Virus record (IMG/VR): IMGVR_UViG_3300042477_000769 | Strand: one strand, 5' to 3' | Length of the DNA stretch: 64,000 nucleotides | Source: a virus | Lineage: Duplodnaviria > Caudoviricetes | Shown: positions 18,606-29,319 of the stretch, piece after piece | Layout of the letters: every line of letters begins with the position of its first letter | Numbering within the stretch: position 1 is the stretch's first letter | The notes under the pieces: model-generated | What the model was told of the DNA's origin: nothing | What the model saw: only the letters and a program-made list of their open reading frames with translations | The model's database searches: none | Made by a program: the position numbers and the translations under genes

Positions 18606-21600
18606 ATGAGTTTTCCAAATACTTTTGATGACGATACAACTATACCTTTTGTCAACGATAATATCGTTGAAATTGGCGGAGAAGCTATTAATGCTTCAAG
18701 AAATGCTATTTTTAATATTGAACAAAATATTGGATTAAATGCTCAAGGCAGCATGCCCACTATTGCTGCCCGTTTAAATGTATCATTACTGCCAGATGGT
18801 AATATTAGACCTTCTGCCATTGCTAGTATGGGTTTAGTTACTTTACCAATTGTAGATAGTCAAATTGCAGATTGGGCTGCCATTCCTGAACGAAAATTAC
18901 AATTAGACCATCGAACACAAGATTTATTTAATTATATTAGAGATTTATCAGGTGATGTTAATACTGCTATTGGTTGGATAAATAGTACGGGCATTAAATT
19001 AGAGCCTCATTTATTAGGGCAAATTTATCGTCATGAATTAAGCCAAATCAATGTGAGTAGCGCTCCAATTAATTTCTTAGATAATAATTTAAGGCTATTA
19101 CGAGATAATAGTGATTCTTATAAGTTAATTAAAGATATAAATAGTGAATTATTAGCTCACCAATGGGCAGACGGTTCACCATTTGGTACTATTAGCAATA
19201 TCATTACTAATGATGGTTCTACTTTTCCCAATAATTTTGCTCATACAGCTGGAGGTATATTTATTAATACTTCTAGATTTGCAACTATTCCGCAAACAGC
19301 GGATGATTTGCAAGCTTTTGCAGAGTTTATTGATAGTACCAGTATTTTCTTATTAGGAACTAGATTACAAAACTTATATTCTAATGGTATTTCTCGAGAA
19401 TCACGATCTACCTCTTTATTAAATGATGGTTATGGTGCTCCGATTATTCCATCGACTCCAGCTATTGCCTTTTTGAAAAATTTAGGAAATAGTAGTAGCC
19501 CAGTTGATGATATTAATAATGGAGATGATATCGTTGAACTATTACCACCAACCAGCGTATTATCCAATAATTCTTTTGATCAAAAATTTGCCCTAGTGCA
19601 AGTGGGTGATATTATTAGGGTAAATTACGGAACTATTGAAGTTGCTTTTGTTATTAAAGAAAAAAAATATATCCAAAATGGTGGTAATAAAAGATTTATT
19701 ATTCGAATTGCTGGTAAAAATATTCAATATGCGCCCAATGCTTCGGTTAGAATTGATAAACCATTAGTTAATATTAATAAATATGGCGTCTTAGCAGTTT
19801 CTGCAGTCAATAGTGGTAATGCTTCTGTTCCGGCTAGTTTAATTACAGTTAATCCTAGAGGCGCGCAAGCATTAGGATTAGGATTTAATCCAGATCAGTT
19901 TGATGCCAGTCATTATATGCTATATTTGGCGTTATTTACTACCGGCTCTCCTAATGATGGGTATATTATTTTACCACCTATCGATGTGACAGGTAATGCA
20001 GGAACGACACCTGGAGCTTATACTTTAAATTCTGTAGTAGAAGCCACTAATAATGCTTTTAGACGTGCTGGGTTTAATTATCGATTTGTCGCCTTTCAAT
20101 ATCAAGGTGAATTTGGAATTGCTTTAGCAGACTCTTATGGTAATGCTGGTTTTTCTATTTTAAATGCAGTCGTAAACAGCAATGGAACATTAAATGAAAC
20201 TGAAACTAACATTGTATTTCCTAATAATGTAGTTAGCATGTTTTCAGATGATGGGACTACTGGGCCCGATCCTTTAGGATTTGGACCGACAGGATCCGCA
20301 GTCGCCAGTCCTCCATATCAAGCTTCTTATCCTTCGGCTGAAGCTGCAGTTTTGCCCACGAAATTATTTTTACCATTAAAAAGAAATAATTATTATGTCA
20401 ATGGTACTGAAAGAGAAAAATTAAACCTAGATATTGACCAAGTACTAGATACTTATGGTGATGGTTATTGGCCCGCTACGATTGTGGCTCAAACAATTAC
20501 TCCAGGGCCATCAGGTTCAGTTAAAACTACTTATCGAGTAGCGTTAGATCTTTCAGCCTCTCAATTAAAAATTGGTAAAACTTTAGTCGTTCAATCTCTA
20601 GATGGAACAGGAACTTCTCCTAATGATTTTGGTAGATTTATTATTGAGAATATTTCCTTAAGTTGTTCCCCTTCTAATTATACTGATATCACGGTCTTAG
20701 ATGCTGTTCATGGATTAGGAACTACTGGGTCTAGCGGATTAGTATTAGGAGTAGGCGGTAAAGTTGCGCTATATTTCTCGCAAGACTCTATTGCTTTAAA
20801 TGCGGAGAGTGCTACTGATTTTTCTGAAGTTTCTCCCTTTAAACGATTTTTTGAAATTTATGTAGATGAAAATGGAAACACTTTCACTCATGAACGAGCT
20901 AGATTTAATAGTGGTGGAATTTCTCCGCTTATTATTAATGATAATATTCCTTTAGTTAATAATTCAGAGTTAATTAAATTAAATTTTGTTAAAGTGTCGC
21001 CTAAATTAACAGGGTATCCATACGGATCCATAAATAAAATAACGTTATTCATGAATTCTTATGATAACGTTACTGGTAATTATGATGGATATTTAGCCGC
21101 TTGGGATGGCAATTTAGCTACGCCAGCAACTCATCGTGGACCTGTAGTTTCAGGAAAAAGAGGATTAGTTTCTAGATTTTACGATGAAACTTATTTAGAT
21201 TATATAGATATAGTTTTTGATTTTAATAGTACGGTGTCTTCATTTGCCGATCAAAAATTAGACATTCAATTATTTCCAAGTTTAGCGCTAAATAGTCAAA
21301 TTATGACTATTGGCTCCTGTCAGTACAATGATGTTAGTAATGTCATTAATTATATTAATGACGATCGACAATTTGGAAATATTTCAGAAAAAGATTTAAC
21401 TACTTCGGCTTTAAATTATATTGCTGCACCTGAAAGATTATTGCATGGCAATGGAGTAATTAAAGGTTTTGAGCTACAAAATATTCCAGGGTTAACTAAT
21501 CCTCGCAGAGGAAATATTTATTTAACAGGTGGAGAACTGTTAGTTAATGGTAAATTCATTCAAAAAAATGATGAAACTGTCATTATTCCAGCAATGCGAG

Positions 21601-24600
21601 AAGTAACTCCTGGAATTAGCTCCACTTTAAAAATAAACTGGTTAGTCTGTATTAATTCTTTAGGAGATTATGAAATCTTACCGTTATTAGATCCAGATCC
21701 TATTTTAAATACGTCTAGCAATACTAATAGAGCTTTTGTTGGGCAAAACTTAGTCAATGGCGGAAGTTATAATTTAAATGGGACTACTTTCTCTAATGTT
21801 ATTAATAATAGAAAAGATTTAACCTTATTATATATTGCTGCCGCCACTTCAGTAGCTATTAATCCGCCTACTGTTAGCTTAGTAGTTCATGATATTAGAA
21901 AATTTGTCAATGATGGCGATACTATCTTACCATTAAAATTAACTTCAGCTAATAGTCAAGGTAATTTTAAAAACATTGTGCCAATTTTTAATTGGATTAA
22001 ATATAATAATGCTTTTAATGGTACCGTTATTGTTAAAGGCGCGAATGTTAATAATGCAACTGTTGCTGCTGCCACAGAATTACATTTTACTAGTGGAAAT
22101 GTTACTATAGATGGTCAAAATAATGCAACTATTACTTTTAATTCTGCCTTAACAGTAGGATCTAATTTAACATTTAAAGATTCGATATTAAATTTAAATG
22201 CTGGCATGTTTATTAAAACAAATGCCACTATTACCAATTTAATATTTGAAGGCTGCACGTTAAACGTTATTTTACCATCTTCTGCACCTAATACTACTGC
22301 GCTATTAGATATTAATAATGGAAGTAATATTAAATTTAAAGATTGTACTTTTAATGTAACTTGGAATAAAAGTTTGCCAGTTCAATCTTATGGATTGGAA
22401 ACTACTTTTCCCTGTTTAATTAGAGCGACTAATACGAGTAATTTTATCGTAGATAATTGTGTGATGTCTGTAGATTATACTACTGCTAGCGTAGGAGTTC
22501 CTCCTGGCGGACATATTGTGCTCATAGATAGTGATGATGCAATTATTAATAACTGTACTTTTAGTGGAAATACTGATAAAACTTTAACTATTAAAAGCTC
22601 TAATAATGTTAAATTTACAAATTGTAGTGTATCATCTACTTATAATCCCGTAGATGATGGATTTGATGCTACTAATTTGGTTAGTTCAGAAAGTGGTTAT
22701 GTTTATTGTAGAATGGATAATCCAGTAGATAACATTTTAATTGATAATATTTCTTTTAATTATGTTCCGGCAGGAGATCCAGCTGCAGATACGGATCTAA
22801 ATATTAGATATCCATTTATTAGTTTTGAATTAGTAGCGTTAAATGCCACTTTAAGCAACTTAACCATTAATAATTGTAAATTTAATCATTTAAATACTGG
22901 AGCAGTAGTTACTGATATTAGACCAGGTATTGCTATTGTCAATACATATTCTGCTTTAGCTGGACCCACATTACCTAATGCCCAACAAGTTAATTTAATT
23001 AATGCTAATATTACTAAGAATATTGGTAATAGAAACCAATCTATTATCATTACTTCTAGACGCGATAGCGCTGGATTAATGAATTATCCTGGATTAGCGG
23101 CTCAAGGATGTAACATTAAAGATAATATTTGCGGAAATATTGGATATTTTATTTCTAGCGCCGTACAAACAGTTAATTTATCTCCCAACTATACTAGTTT
23201 GCCAGATAAATTAACAGGTTTAACTATTGAAAACAATGTCTGTCATTATATTTATAATTGTGACGAAGATGGTTACTCTTTCTTAATGTCTAAATTAGTA
23301 GGCGGCTCTAGTTCTAATCGTTGCGCGTATCCAAGTGGGTATGTAGATATTAATAAAAATAAGGCCAATTGGATTCATGTCGGTTGTGCTTATGAACAAC
23401 AAAGCGGGCTAAATATTACTAATAACGTACTTCAAGCATATTCAGAATCTTATTTAAATATGTTTGGAGCTAATGAAGGTAATTTTTATGGACCAGTCTC
23501 TGGTACTCGTTCTTTTAAGTATGCTATTTTTGTAAGTACTAATAAATATAAGATGAATCCAATACAAAGCCCTTCAGAAGGGAATGATACTTCCATTTTA
23601 ATTTCTGGAAATATTGTTAATCAGGGTTACTGGTATTTATCTAATGGTGTAGTTAACAATTATACTTATACTAATGGCTATATTTTCTGTCAAGGTTCTA
23701 GCACTATTACAGATAATATTTTAAGAGGTGCTGGTGTAGGCAATTTAATTCTAGTTGGTGGTTTACGTAATATTATCAAGGGAAATAAAATTTATCGAGA
23801 TAATATTGATGTTACCTCTTACATTAGATTTGATAATTTTGATACTCCTAATTGGGATAGTAACCCAGACGGAGAGGGTGCTGGTTCTCAAGGCTTAGTA
23901 GTAGATAATTTCTTTGATAAACCAACAATTAATGCTGTCGGAGTAACCGGATCATTTAACGGATTATCTTTTTTTGGAGCGATAAATATTCCTTCTACTG
24001 CGGCACCTGGATGGATTGTAGAAAGAAATAAAAATCAAACAGGAATTGCCATTGTTCCCTGGACTAATGGTCATATATTATATCATACTACAGGTGGATC
24101 TGCTTTTGGACCAGATGGTTATGATGACCTTTATATGAAACCTGCAAATAATAATCCTTCAGGAACTTTTACTGGAGAATATCGCTCTAGAGTTTTAAGA
24201 TTTAGAGATACAGAATCTGTTGGTTTTAGATTATGGGGAGTTCAGGTTAATTTAGAGGCATTTTTACCAAATGGAGTTCGAGTGTTAGAAGTTTCTTCGG
24301 CTATTCGATCTTTTGGCACCCAAGTTGATTATAATCCAGCATCTCCTCCAGCAGCTACTTCTAATTTTTGGATTAATTTAAGTTCACAAGATATGCAAAA
24401 TATCGGAGTAGGAACTTTTTCTTTAGATAATTTTAGCACAGTTTCTGATAACGATGATGGTGTATTTGAAATTAATAACACTGTCTTTTCTAATGTTACA
24501 GGCGGAGATTTTAATTCTAGTAGCTTAGCTCTTCCTTTTGAAATTGACTTAACTAACTATAATGGAAATGATATTTCTAATAGATACATTACTGGCCGAG

Positions 24601-24704
24601 GAATTGGTATAACTTTATCTTTAGATGCTAGATGGGCAAGAGATTCTATTTTTTTTGGTACTGAGTTCTTAATTTCTCCAGTACTTGTTACATATCGATG
24701 GTAA
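18606..24704 (+). CDS. 2032-aa virion appendage protein with a parallel beta-helix (pectin-lyase-like) region
   Basis: Repeats NLIFEGCTL, NIKFKDCTF, NFIVDNCVM, IINNCTFSG, NLTINNCKF, LTIENNVC and LISGNIV at about 22100-23850. Confidence 0.65.
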   Translation: MSFPNTFDDDTTIPFVNDNIVEIGGEAINASRNAIFNIEQNIGLNAQGSMPTIAARLNVSLLPDGNIRPSAIASMGLVTLPIVDSQIADWAAIPERKLQLDHRTQDLFNYIRDLSGDVNTAIGWINSTGIKLEPHLLGQIYRHELSQINVSSAPINFLDNNLRLLRDNSDSYKLIKDINSELLAHQWADGSPFGTISNIITNDGSTFPNNFAHTAGGIFINTSRFATIPQTADDLQAFAEFIDSTSIFLLGTRLQNLYSNGISRESRSTSLLNDGYGAPIIPSTPAIAFLKNLGNSSSPVDDINNGDDIVELLPPTSVLSNNSFDQKFALVQVGDIIRVNYGTIEVAFVIKEKKYIQNGGNKRFIIRIAGKNIQYAPNASVRIDKPLVNINKYGVLAVSAVNSGNASVPASLITVNPRGAQALGLGFNPDQFDASHYMLYLALFTTGSPNDGYIILPPIDVTGNAGTTPGAYTLNSVVEATNNAFRRAGFNYRFVAFQYQGEFGIALADSYGNAGFSILNAVVNSNGTLNETETNIVFPNNVVSMFSDDGTTGPDPLGFGPTGSAVASPPYQASYPSAEAAVLPTKLFLPLKRNNYYVNGTEREKLNLDIDQVLDTYGDGYWPATIVAQTITPGPSGSVKTTYRVALDLSASQLKIGKTLVVQSLDGTGTSPNDFGRFIIENISLSCSPSNYTDITVLDAVHGLGTTGSSGLVLGVGGKVALYFSQDSIALNAESATDFSEVSPFKRFFEIYVDENGNTFTHERARFNSGGISPLIINDNIPLVNNSELIKLNFVKVSPKLTGYPYGSINKITLFMNSYDNVTGNYDGYLAAWDGNLATPATHRGPVVSGKRGLVSRFYDETYLDYIDIVFDFNSTVSSFADQKLDIQLFPSLALNSQIMTIGSCQYNDVSNVINYINDDRQFGNISEKDLTTSALNYIAAPERLLHGNGVIKGFELQNIPGLTNPRRGNIYLTGGELLVNGKFIQKNDETVIIPAMREVTPGISSTLKINWLVCINSLGDYEILPLLDPDPILNTSSNTNRAFVGQNLVNGGSYNLNGTTFSNVINNRKDLTLLYIAAATSVAINPPTVSLVVHDIRKFVNDGDTILPLKLTSANSQGNFKNIVPIFNWIKYNNAFNGTVIVKGANVNNATVAAATELHFTSGNVTIDGQNNATITFNSALTVGSNLTFKDSILNLNAGMFIKTNATITNLIFEGCTLNVILPSSAPNTTALLDINNGSNIKFKDCTFNVTWNKSLPVQSYGLETTFPCLIRATNTSNFIVDNCVMSVDYTTASVGVPPGGHIVLIDSDDAIINNCTFSGNTDKTLTIKSSNNVKFTNCSVSSTYNPVDDGFDATNLVSSESGYVYCRMDNPVDNILIDNISFNYVPAGDPAADTDLNIRYPFISFELVALNATLSNLTINNCKFNHLNTGAVVTDIRPGIAIVNTYSALAGPTLPNAQQVNLINANITKNIGNRNQSIIITSRRDSAGLMNYPGLAAQGCNIKDNICGNIGYFISSAVQTVNLSPNYTSLPDKLTGLTIENNVCHYIYNCDEDGYSFLMSKLVGGSSSNRCAYPSGYVDINKNKANWIHVGCAYEQQSGLNITNNVLQAYSESYLNMFGANEGNFYGPVSGTRSFKYAIFVSTNKYKMNPIQSPSEGNDTSILISGNIVNQGYWYLSNGVVNNYTYTNGYIFCQGSSTITDNILRGAGVGNLILVGGLRNIIKGNKIYRDNIDVTSYIRFDNFDTPNWDSNPDGEGAGSQGLVVDNFFDKPTINAVGVTGSFNGLSFFGAINIPSTAAPGWIVERNKNQTGIAIVPWTNGHILYHTTGGSAFGPDGYDDLYMKPANNNPSGTFTGEYRSRVLRFRDTESVGFRLWGVQVNLEAFLPNGVRVLEVSSAIRSFGTQVDYNPASPPAATSNFWINLSSQDMQNIGVGTFSLDNFSTVSDNDDGVFEINNTVFSNVTGGDFNSSSLALPFEIDLTNYNGNDISNRYITGRGIGITLSLDARWARDSIFFGTEFLISPVLVTYRW

Positions 24705-24707
24705 TCT

Positions 24708-25529
24708 ATGGGCGCAAATAATTTCTTTAAAAGCAATTTAATGTCTTTACATAACGTGGTACAAGCCTCCATGTTAGTGTATCCTAAAGAAGTTATTATT
24801 GCTACGTTAAGAGATTATTTCTCTAAAGATGATTATTATCATTATGCCAAAGATCAATGGGGTTTTGCTAACACTATCGATCATACTGATTTACCTCCAG
24901 GGGCCGATATTCCAACCTCTCATAATCAATATGGAGCCAATGAAGAGGGATTAAGCACTCGGGTGTTTATTGGAGAAAATTATCGATATAATGGAATTTA
25001 TTATCCAGCTATTTTAGTCAAAAGCGGCGGCAGTACTTATGTGCCTATCTCTATTAATAGAGAACAGGAAGCTGTACAATATGAAGATATTGTATATGAA
25101 GATGGATATGGTAATCAAACTGTAGTTTCTAAACCTAAAGCTTTTGTGACAGCTGGTGCCTGGGAAGGCAGTATTATTATTGATATTTTATCTAGAAGCT
25201 TGCGAGCAAGAGATGATTTATCAGAAGCTATTGCTATGTGTTTTACTGAATTTTATTTTGATAGTTTATATGATATTGGAATTATTGTAAAACCTCCAAT
25301 TATTGGAGGCGCCAGCGAAACTGATGATAGAAATGATAAGCTTTTTCGCCAAAGTATTACGTTAAATGTTAGAACTGAATGGCGAAGAGAGATTCCAGTA
25401 GGCAATTTAATTGATACTATCTTTTTTACCGTTATTTTTGAAGATATTAGCAAGCCCGCTAATCCAGTACCTGCTAATTTAACTATTAATACCGAAGTTA
25501 GTTTAACTGATTTGTTAATCAATCTATGA
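24708..25529 (+). CDS. Putative tail terminator/completion protein
   Basis: YPAILVKSGG, GSIIIDILSRS...RDDL and LFRQSITL; directly upstream of the sheath. Confidence 0.6.
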   Translation: MGANNFFKSNLMSLHNVVQASMLVYPKEVIIATLRDYFSKDDYYHYAKDQWGFANTIDHTDLPPGADIPTSHNQYGANEEGLSTRVFIGENYRYNGIYYPAILVKSGGSTYVPISINREQEAVQYEDIVYEDGYGNQTVVSKPKAFVTAGAWEGSIIIDILSRSLRARDDLSEAIAMCFTEFYFDSLYDIGIIVKPPIIGGASETDDRNDKLFRQSITLNVRTEWRREIPVGNLIDTIFFTVIFEDISKPANPVPANLTINTEVSLTDLLINL

Positions 25530-26203
25530 AAATTTGCACCAAATGCCAGATAGAAAAATCTTTATCTGATTTTGGATTAAGAAAAAGAAAGTTAAAGTCA
25601 GGAATTAAAGAATATTATTCTATTTACTGCAAAACTTGCATTAACCAAACGGCTAAAAATTTTAGAAAACTTCATCCTTATCAAACAAGCGAATCTATCA
25701 AACTATCTAAACAAAAATGGGAAGAAAATAATAAAGAAGCTAGAAAACAATATCAAAAAAACTATTATCTTCTTCACAAGGAAGATTTTCAAAAACGCGC
25801 TAATAATCAACAATATAAAGAAAACAAACGCAAATATCATCAACAAAGACGACAAGATCCAATTTTTAGAATAAAAGAGAATATTTCTAATGCTATTTAC
25901 AAGGCATTAGTGAAAGGTAAAACATCTAAAGCTGGAAATAGTATCCTTCAGTTTTTAGGATATTCTATCCAGGATTTAAAAAGTCATTTAGAAAGTTTGT
26001 TTACTGATAATTTTAATTGGGATAATTATGGCGTTGTTTGGCATATTGATCATATTATTCCACATAGTAATTTTTCTTATCTGTCGATGACAGATCCATC
26101 TTTTACGCAATGTTGGGCCTTAGCAAATTTAAGACCGTTAGCTGCCGCTCAAAATATGAGAGATGGAAGTACTCGAGTCAGACATTTAAAGAAGAATATA
26201 TGA
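25526..26203 (+). CDS. HNH endonuclease (homing-like)
   Basis: CTKC...CKTC finger; HLESLF...NWDNYG..WHIDHIIP...NLRPL...N. Confidence 0.85.
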   Translation: MKICTKCQIEKSLSDFGLRKRKLKSGIKEYYSIYCKTCINQTAKNFRKLHPYQTSESIKLSKQKWEENNKEARKQYQKNYYLLHKEDFQKRANNQQYKENKRKYHQQRRQDPIFRIKENISNAIYKALVKGKTSKAGNSILQFLGYSIQDLKSHLESLFTDNFNWDNYGVVWHIDHIIPHSNFSYLSMTDPSFTQCWALANLRPLAAAQNMRDGSTRVRHLKKNI

Positions 26204-26249
26204 ATAATACTATATAACAATGAATATTTACTTTTAATGGAGTTTCATA

Positions 26250-29200
26250 ATGGCTAACATTCCAGGCGCAACAAATGTCCTACCCGGAGTTTTTACAGAC
26301 GTAATTACTCAATCCCGTGGCGTCTCCGTTCCTGGTGGTTCTCGTATAACTGCTATGATTGGAGAGGGCTCAACAGATGAGACTTTAGTATCACAAGCGG
26401 TAGGTGGTGGGCAAGACGGCCTTAACCCTAGCTATACTGGAACAACTGGTAGAGATGGTAGACACTTTCAATTATCAAGTTTTCCATTAATTTCTAATCG
26501 TACTACTTTATTTAAAAATGGAATTCCATTAAGAGGTTTAGAATCAACTATTGATACTAATCCATTTAGCAATTCTTTTGATTACCGAATTGATATTACT
26601 ACTGGCCAAATAGAATTGCAACGCGCTCATTTAGTTGACCAAGGTGGTTCTTTATGGACCGCCCTTTCTACCAATGTGGGGTTAGGATCAGTTAATAATT
26701 TAACTTTAGTAGATCCTAATGCACAACCAGAAAACTGGACGATTCGTTGTATCAAAGTTCAACGTGATGCGTTAAATAATCCGATTGGTGGAACCGCCTC
26801 TTTCTTAGCTTTTGGCTCTATTTCGGGAGCAAAATTAGATGCTAACGGCAATCCTATTGTTTGGATTGCTAATAATAATGTAGTGAGCAATGGTGTGATT
26901 AGCTTCTCTATTTCGGAAACTATGGTAGGACCCAATGCAGTATCTCCTTTTAGAGAGGGAGATGGATTCTTAGTAGTGGTAGATAGTGGTGTGTTAGTTA
27001 GAAATGATTCCTTAACAGCTAATTATATTGCTACGGCCAATCTAAATGATCCTATTTTATTGCAAGGTTTAGGTGATGTAGTTACCCGTCATGGATTACC
27101 CAGTTTAACTAATAATTTATCGTTAGGCGCCCAATTAGCTTTTGCGAATAATGCTCCGGCGTTATTAACAGTGCAAGCAGCACCGGCTCTACCACGTAGA
27201 ACTTCTTACGTTTTAGATCAATCAGTAAATGCTTTATCTCCAGACCAAGATGATTTTATTTTCCCATTACCAGTAGGCGTAGTTCCAGATTTTAATTCAG
27301 AAATTCATTTCTTTGTTAAAAACAACGCTACCAATGTCGAAACGCAATTATTGCCTAATAAGTTAACTTATTATACCTTAGATACGGCAGGCAATCCTAC
27401 TACTAGCTCCTTTATTTTTGACAATACTCCTGCCCCTGGCGGATATTCATATTTCTATACCGTCAAAGAAGGCTTAGAAGCGATGAGCTTTGGAGAAGAT
27501 GGTTATATTGGTCGCAATTTAGCTTTCTTTAATCAAGGTGAGTTTAGCTCTGCCTCTCAAGTCTTTGATGCGAGCTATGTAGGTAAAGCTTTAAAGATTA
27601 TTGATTCAGTTAACTCTGCCAATATTGGGGTGTTCCGAGTTACCGCTGTTAATAATGGTAAATTATATGTGGTAGCAGATGGTAATACCTTCCCGCCATC
27701 TACTTTAACTGCCAGCCCCACTTTCTTGTCTGATTTTGTTAATGAATCAAGCGTAGGTTTTAAAGTAATTAATCCTGTTACTGGATTAGAAGTAGTAGGC
27801 GGTTCTGGTACAAATGGAGTTATTGTTACCTCTGGAGCTTCTACAGGTACTGCTACTTTACGTAGTACCACTGTAGCCTTTACTGCTATTAGCGGTATTA
27901 CTAATTATCGATTACAGATAAACGGATCTACTATTTCTACAGATGCATTACCAGTAGGTAATGATGGTCTGTATGATATTACGTCAGCCGCTACATTTAG
28001 CATTAATGCTGCCACTAATGCTAGCCCCATTGCTATTACTACTACTGCAAATCATAATTTAACAACAGGTAAAACGGTAACTATTACTGGTGTAGTAGGT
28101 AATACGGCAGCTAATGGTACCTTTGTCATTACTGTTACTGGGTTGAATTCATTTACTCTGAACGGTTCAACAGGTAATGGTGCCTATACTAGCGGTGGAA
28201 CAGTATTCCCACACGTAATTACTATTAAAAAAGCCATTGTTAATGAAAATAATCTAGAGTTTATTGTTCAAGATCCTAGCGCTAATAGTAATTATATTGT
28301 GTTAAATAAAAATATCGTTCCCAATGGTAATGGTTTACGCGTTACTATTGTCGACGCTAGAGATGCAACTTTCTTTGATGCGGGCTGGATTAATGCCTTA
28401 GAATCATTAGAAGCAGTAGAGTGCGATATTTTGGTACCTTTACCAAAACAAACTATTTCTATCATCTTCCAAAATGCCTTAAGTCATTGTTTAGCTATGA
28501 GTAATATTCGTAACAAAAAAGAACGAGTCTTATTTATCGGAGCTATTAATGGATTAACCCCAGATAATTTAACGGGAGCACAATCTGCCGCCGTAGAAGA
28601 TATCGGCATCTTAGAAGGTATTCAAGGAGAAACTGTCACTGATATTTTGTCAGGTAATATTGAAGACTTAGCTAATTATTCAGTACCTAATGCTTTCGGT
28701 AATACCTTCCGAGCAGTTTATTTCTATCCAGACCAAATTGTGGTCCAAGCCGGAACAGAAAATGTCTTAATTGATGGTTTCTATTTAGCTGCCGCTGCTG
28801 CTGGATATGAATCGGCCGATGTAAGATTGGAAAATCCATTAACTAATAAAGTTTTAAGCGGATTTACCATCTTAAGAAATAAACAATTCTCTCCACAAAC
28901 ATTAGAAGCTTTAGCTACTGCCGGTGTTACTACTTTACAACCTGTGGCTGGTGGTGGTCGAGTAGTTTGGGGTATCACCACGACTCAAAGTGGCTTCCCT
29001 GAAGAGCAAGAAATCTCTATCGTCTTTATTAGAGACCGAGTAGCTAAGACTTTAAGAGCAGGATTCCAAGGATTTATTGGATTAGCAGAGACTCCAAATA
29101 CTGGAGCTATCTTAAATACTCGTGGAGTAATCTTACTCAACTCGTTAGTGTCACAAGGATTAATTACTCAATATAAGGACTTATCGGTGCAGAGAGACGA

Positions 29201-29294
29201 GGTTGATCCGCGTCAGTGGAATATCTCGGTTAGAGTACAACCGACATATCCCGTTAACTTCATCTACATCCGCGTCAGCCTCGGTCAACTATAA
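26250..29294 (+). CDS. Contractile tail sheath protein with large inserted domains
   Basis: N-terminal PGVFT; C-terminal ENPLTNKVLSGF, GVTTLQPV, EEQEISIVFIRDRV and ISVRVQPTYPVNFIYI. Confidence 0.92.
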   Translation: MANIPGATNVLPGVFTDVITQSRGVSVPGGSRITAMIGEGSTDETLVSQAVGGGQDGLNPSYTGTTGRDGRHFQLSSFPLISNRTTLFKNGIPLRGLESTIDTNPFSNSFDYRIDITTGQIELQRAHLVDQGGSLWTALSTNVGLGSVNNLTLVDPNAQPENWTIRCIKVQRDALNNPIGGTASFLAFGSISGAKLDANGNPIVWIANNNVVSNGVISFSISETMVGPNAVSPFREGDGFLVVVDSGVLVRNDSLTANYIATANLNDPILLQGLGDVVTRHGLPSLTNNLSLGAQLAFANNAPALLTVQAAPALPRRTSYVLDQSVNALSPDQDDFIFPLPVGVVPDFNSEIHFFVKNNATNVETQLLPNKLTYYTLDTAGNPTTSSFIFDNTPAPGGYSYFYTVKEGLEAMSFGEDGYIGRNLAFFNQGEFSSASQVFDASYVGKALKIIDSVNSANIGVFRVTAVNNGKLYVVADGNTFPPSTLTASPTFLSDFVNESSVGFKVINPVTGLEVVGGSGTNGVIVTSGASTGTATLRSTTVAFTAISGITNYRLQINGSTISTDALPVGNDGLYDITSAATFSINAATNASPIAITTTANHNLTTGKTVTITGVVGNTAANGTFVITVTGLNSFTLNGSTGNGAYTSGGTVFPHVITIKKAIVNENNLEFIVQDPSANSNYIVLNKNIVPNGNGLRVTIVDARDATFFDAGWINALESLEAVECDILVPLPKQTISIIFQNALSHCLAMSNIRNKKERVLFIGAINGLTPDNLTGAQSAAVEDIGILEGIQGETVTDILSGNIEDLANYSVPNAFGNTFRAVYFYPDQIVVQAGTENVLIDGFYLAAAAAGYESADVRLENPLTNKVLSGFTILRNKQFSPQTLEALATAGVTTLQPVAGGGRVVWGITTTQSGFPEEQEISIVFIRDRVAKTLRAGFQGFIGLAETPNTGAILNTRGVILLNSLVSQGLITQYKDLSVQRDEVDPRQWNISVRVQPTYPVNFIYIRVSLGQL

Positions 29295-29319
29295 TCCTCT
29301 CAGATATAGTTGGTAGAGA

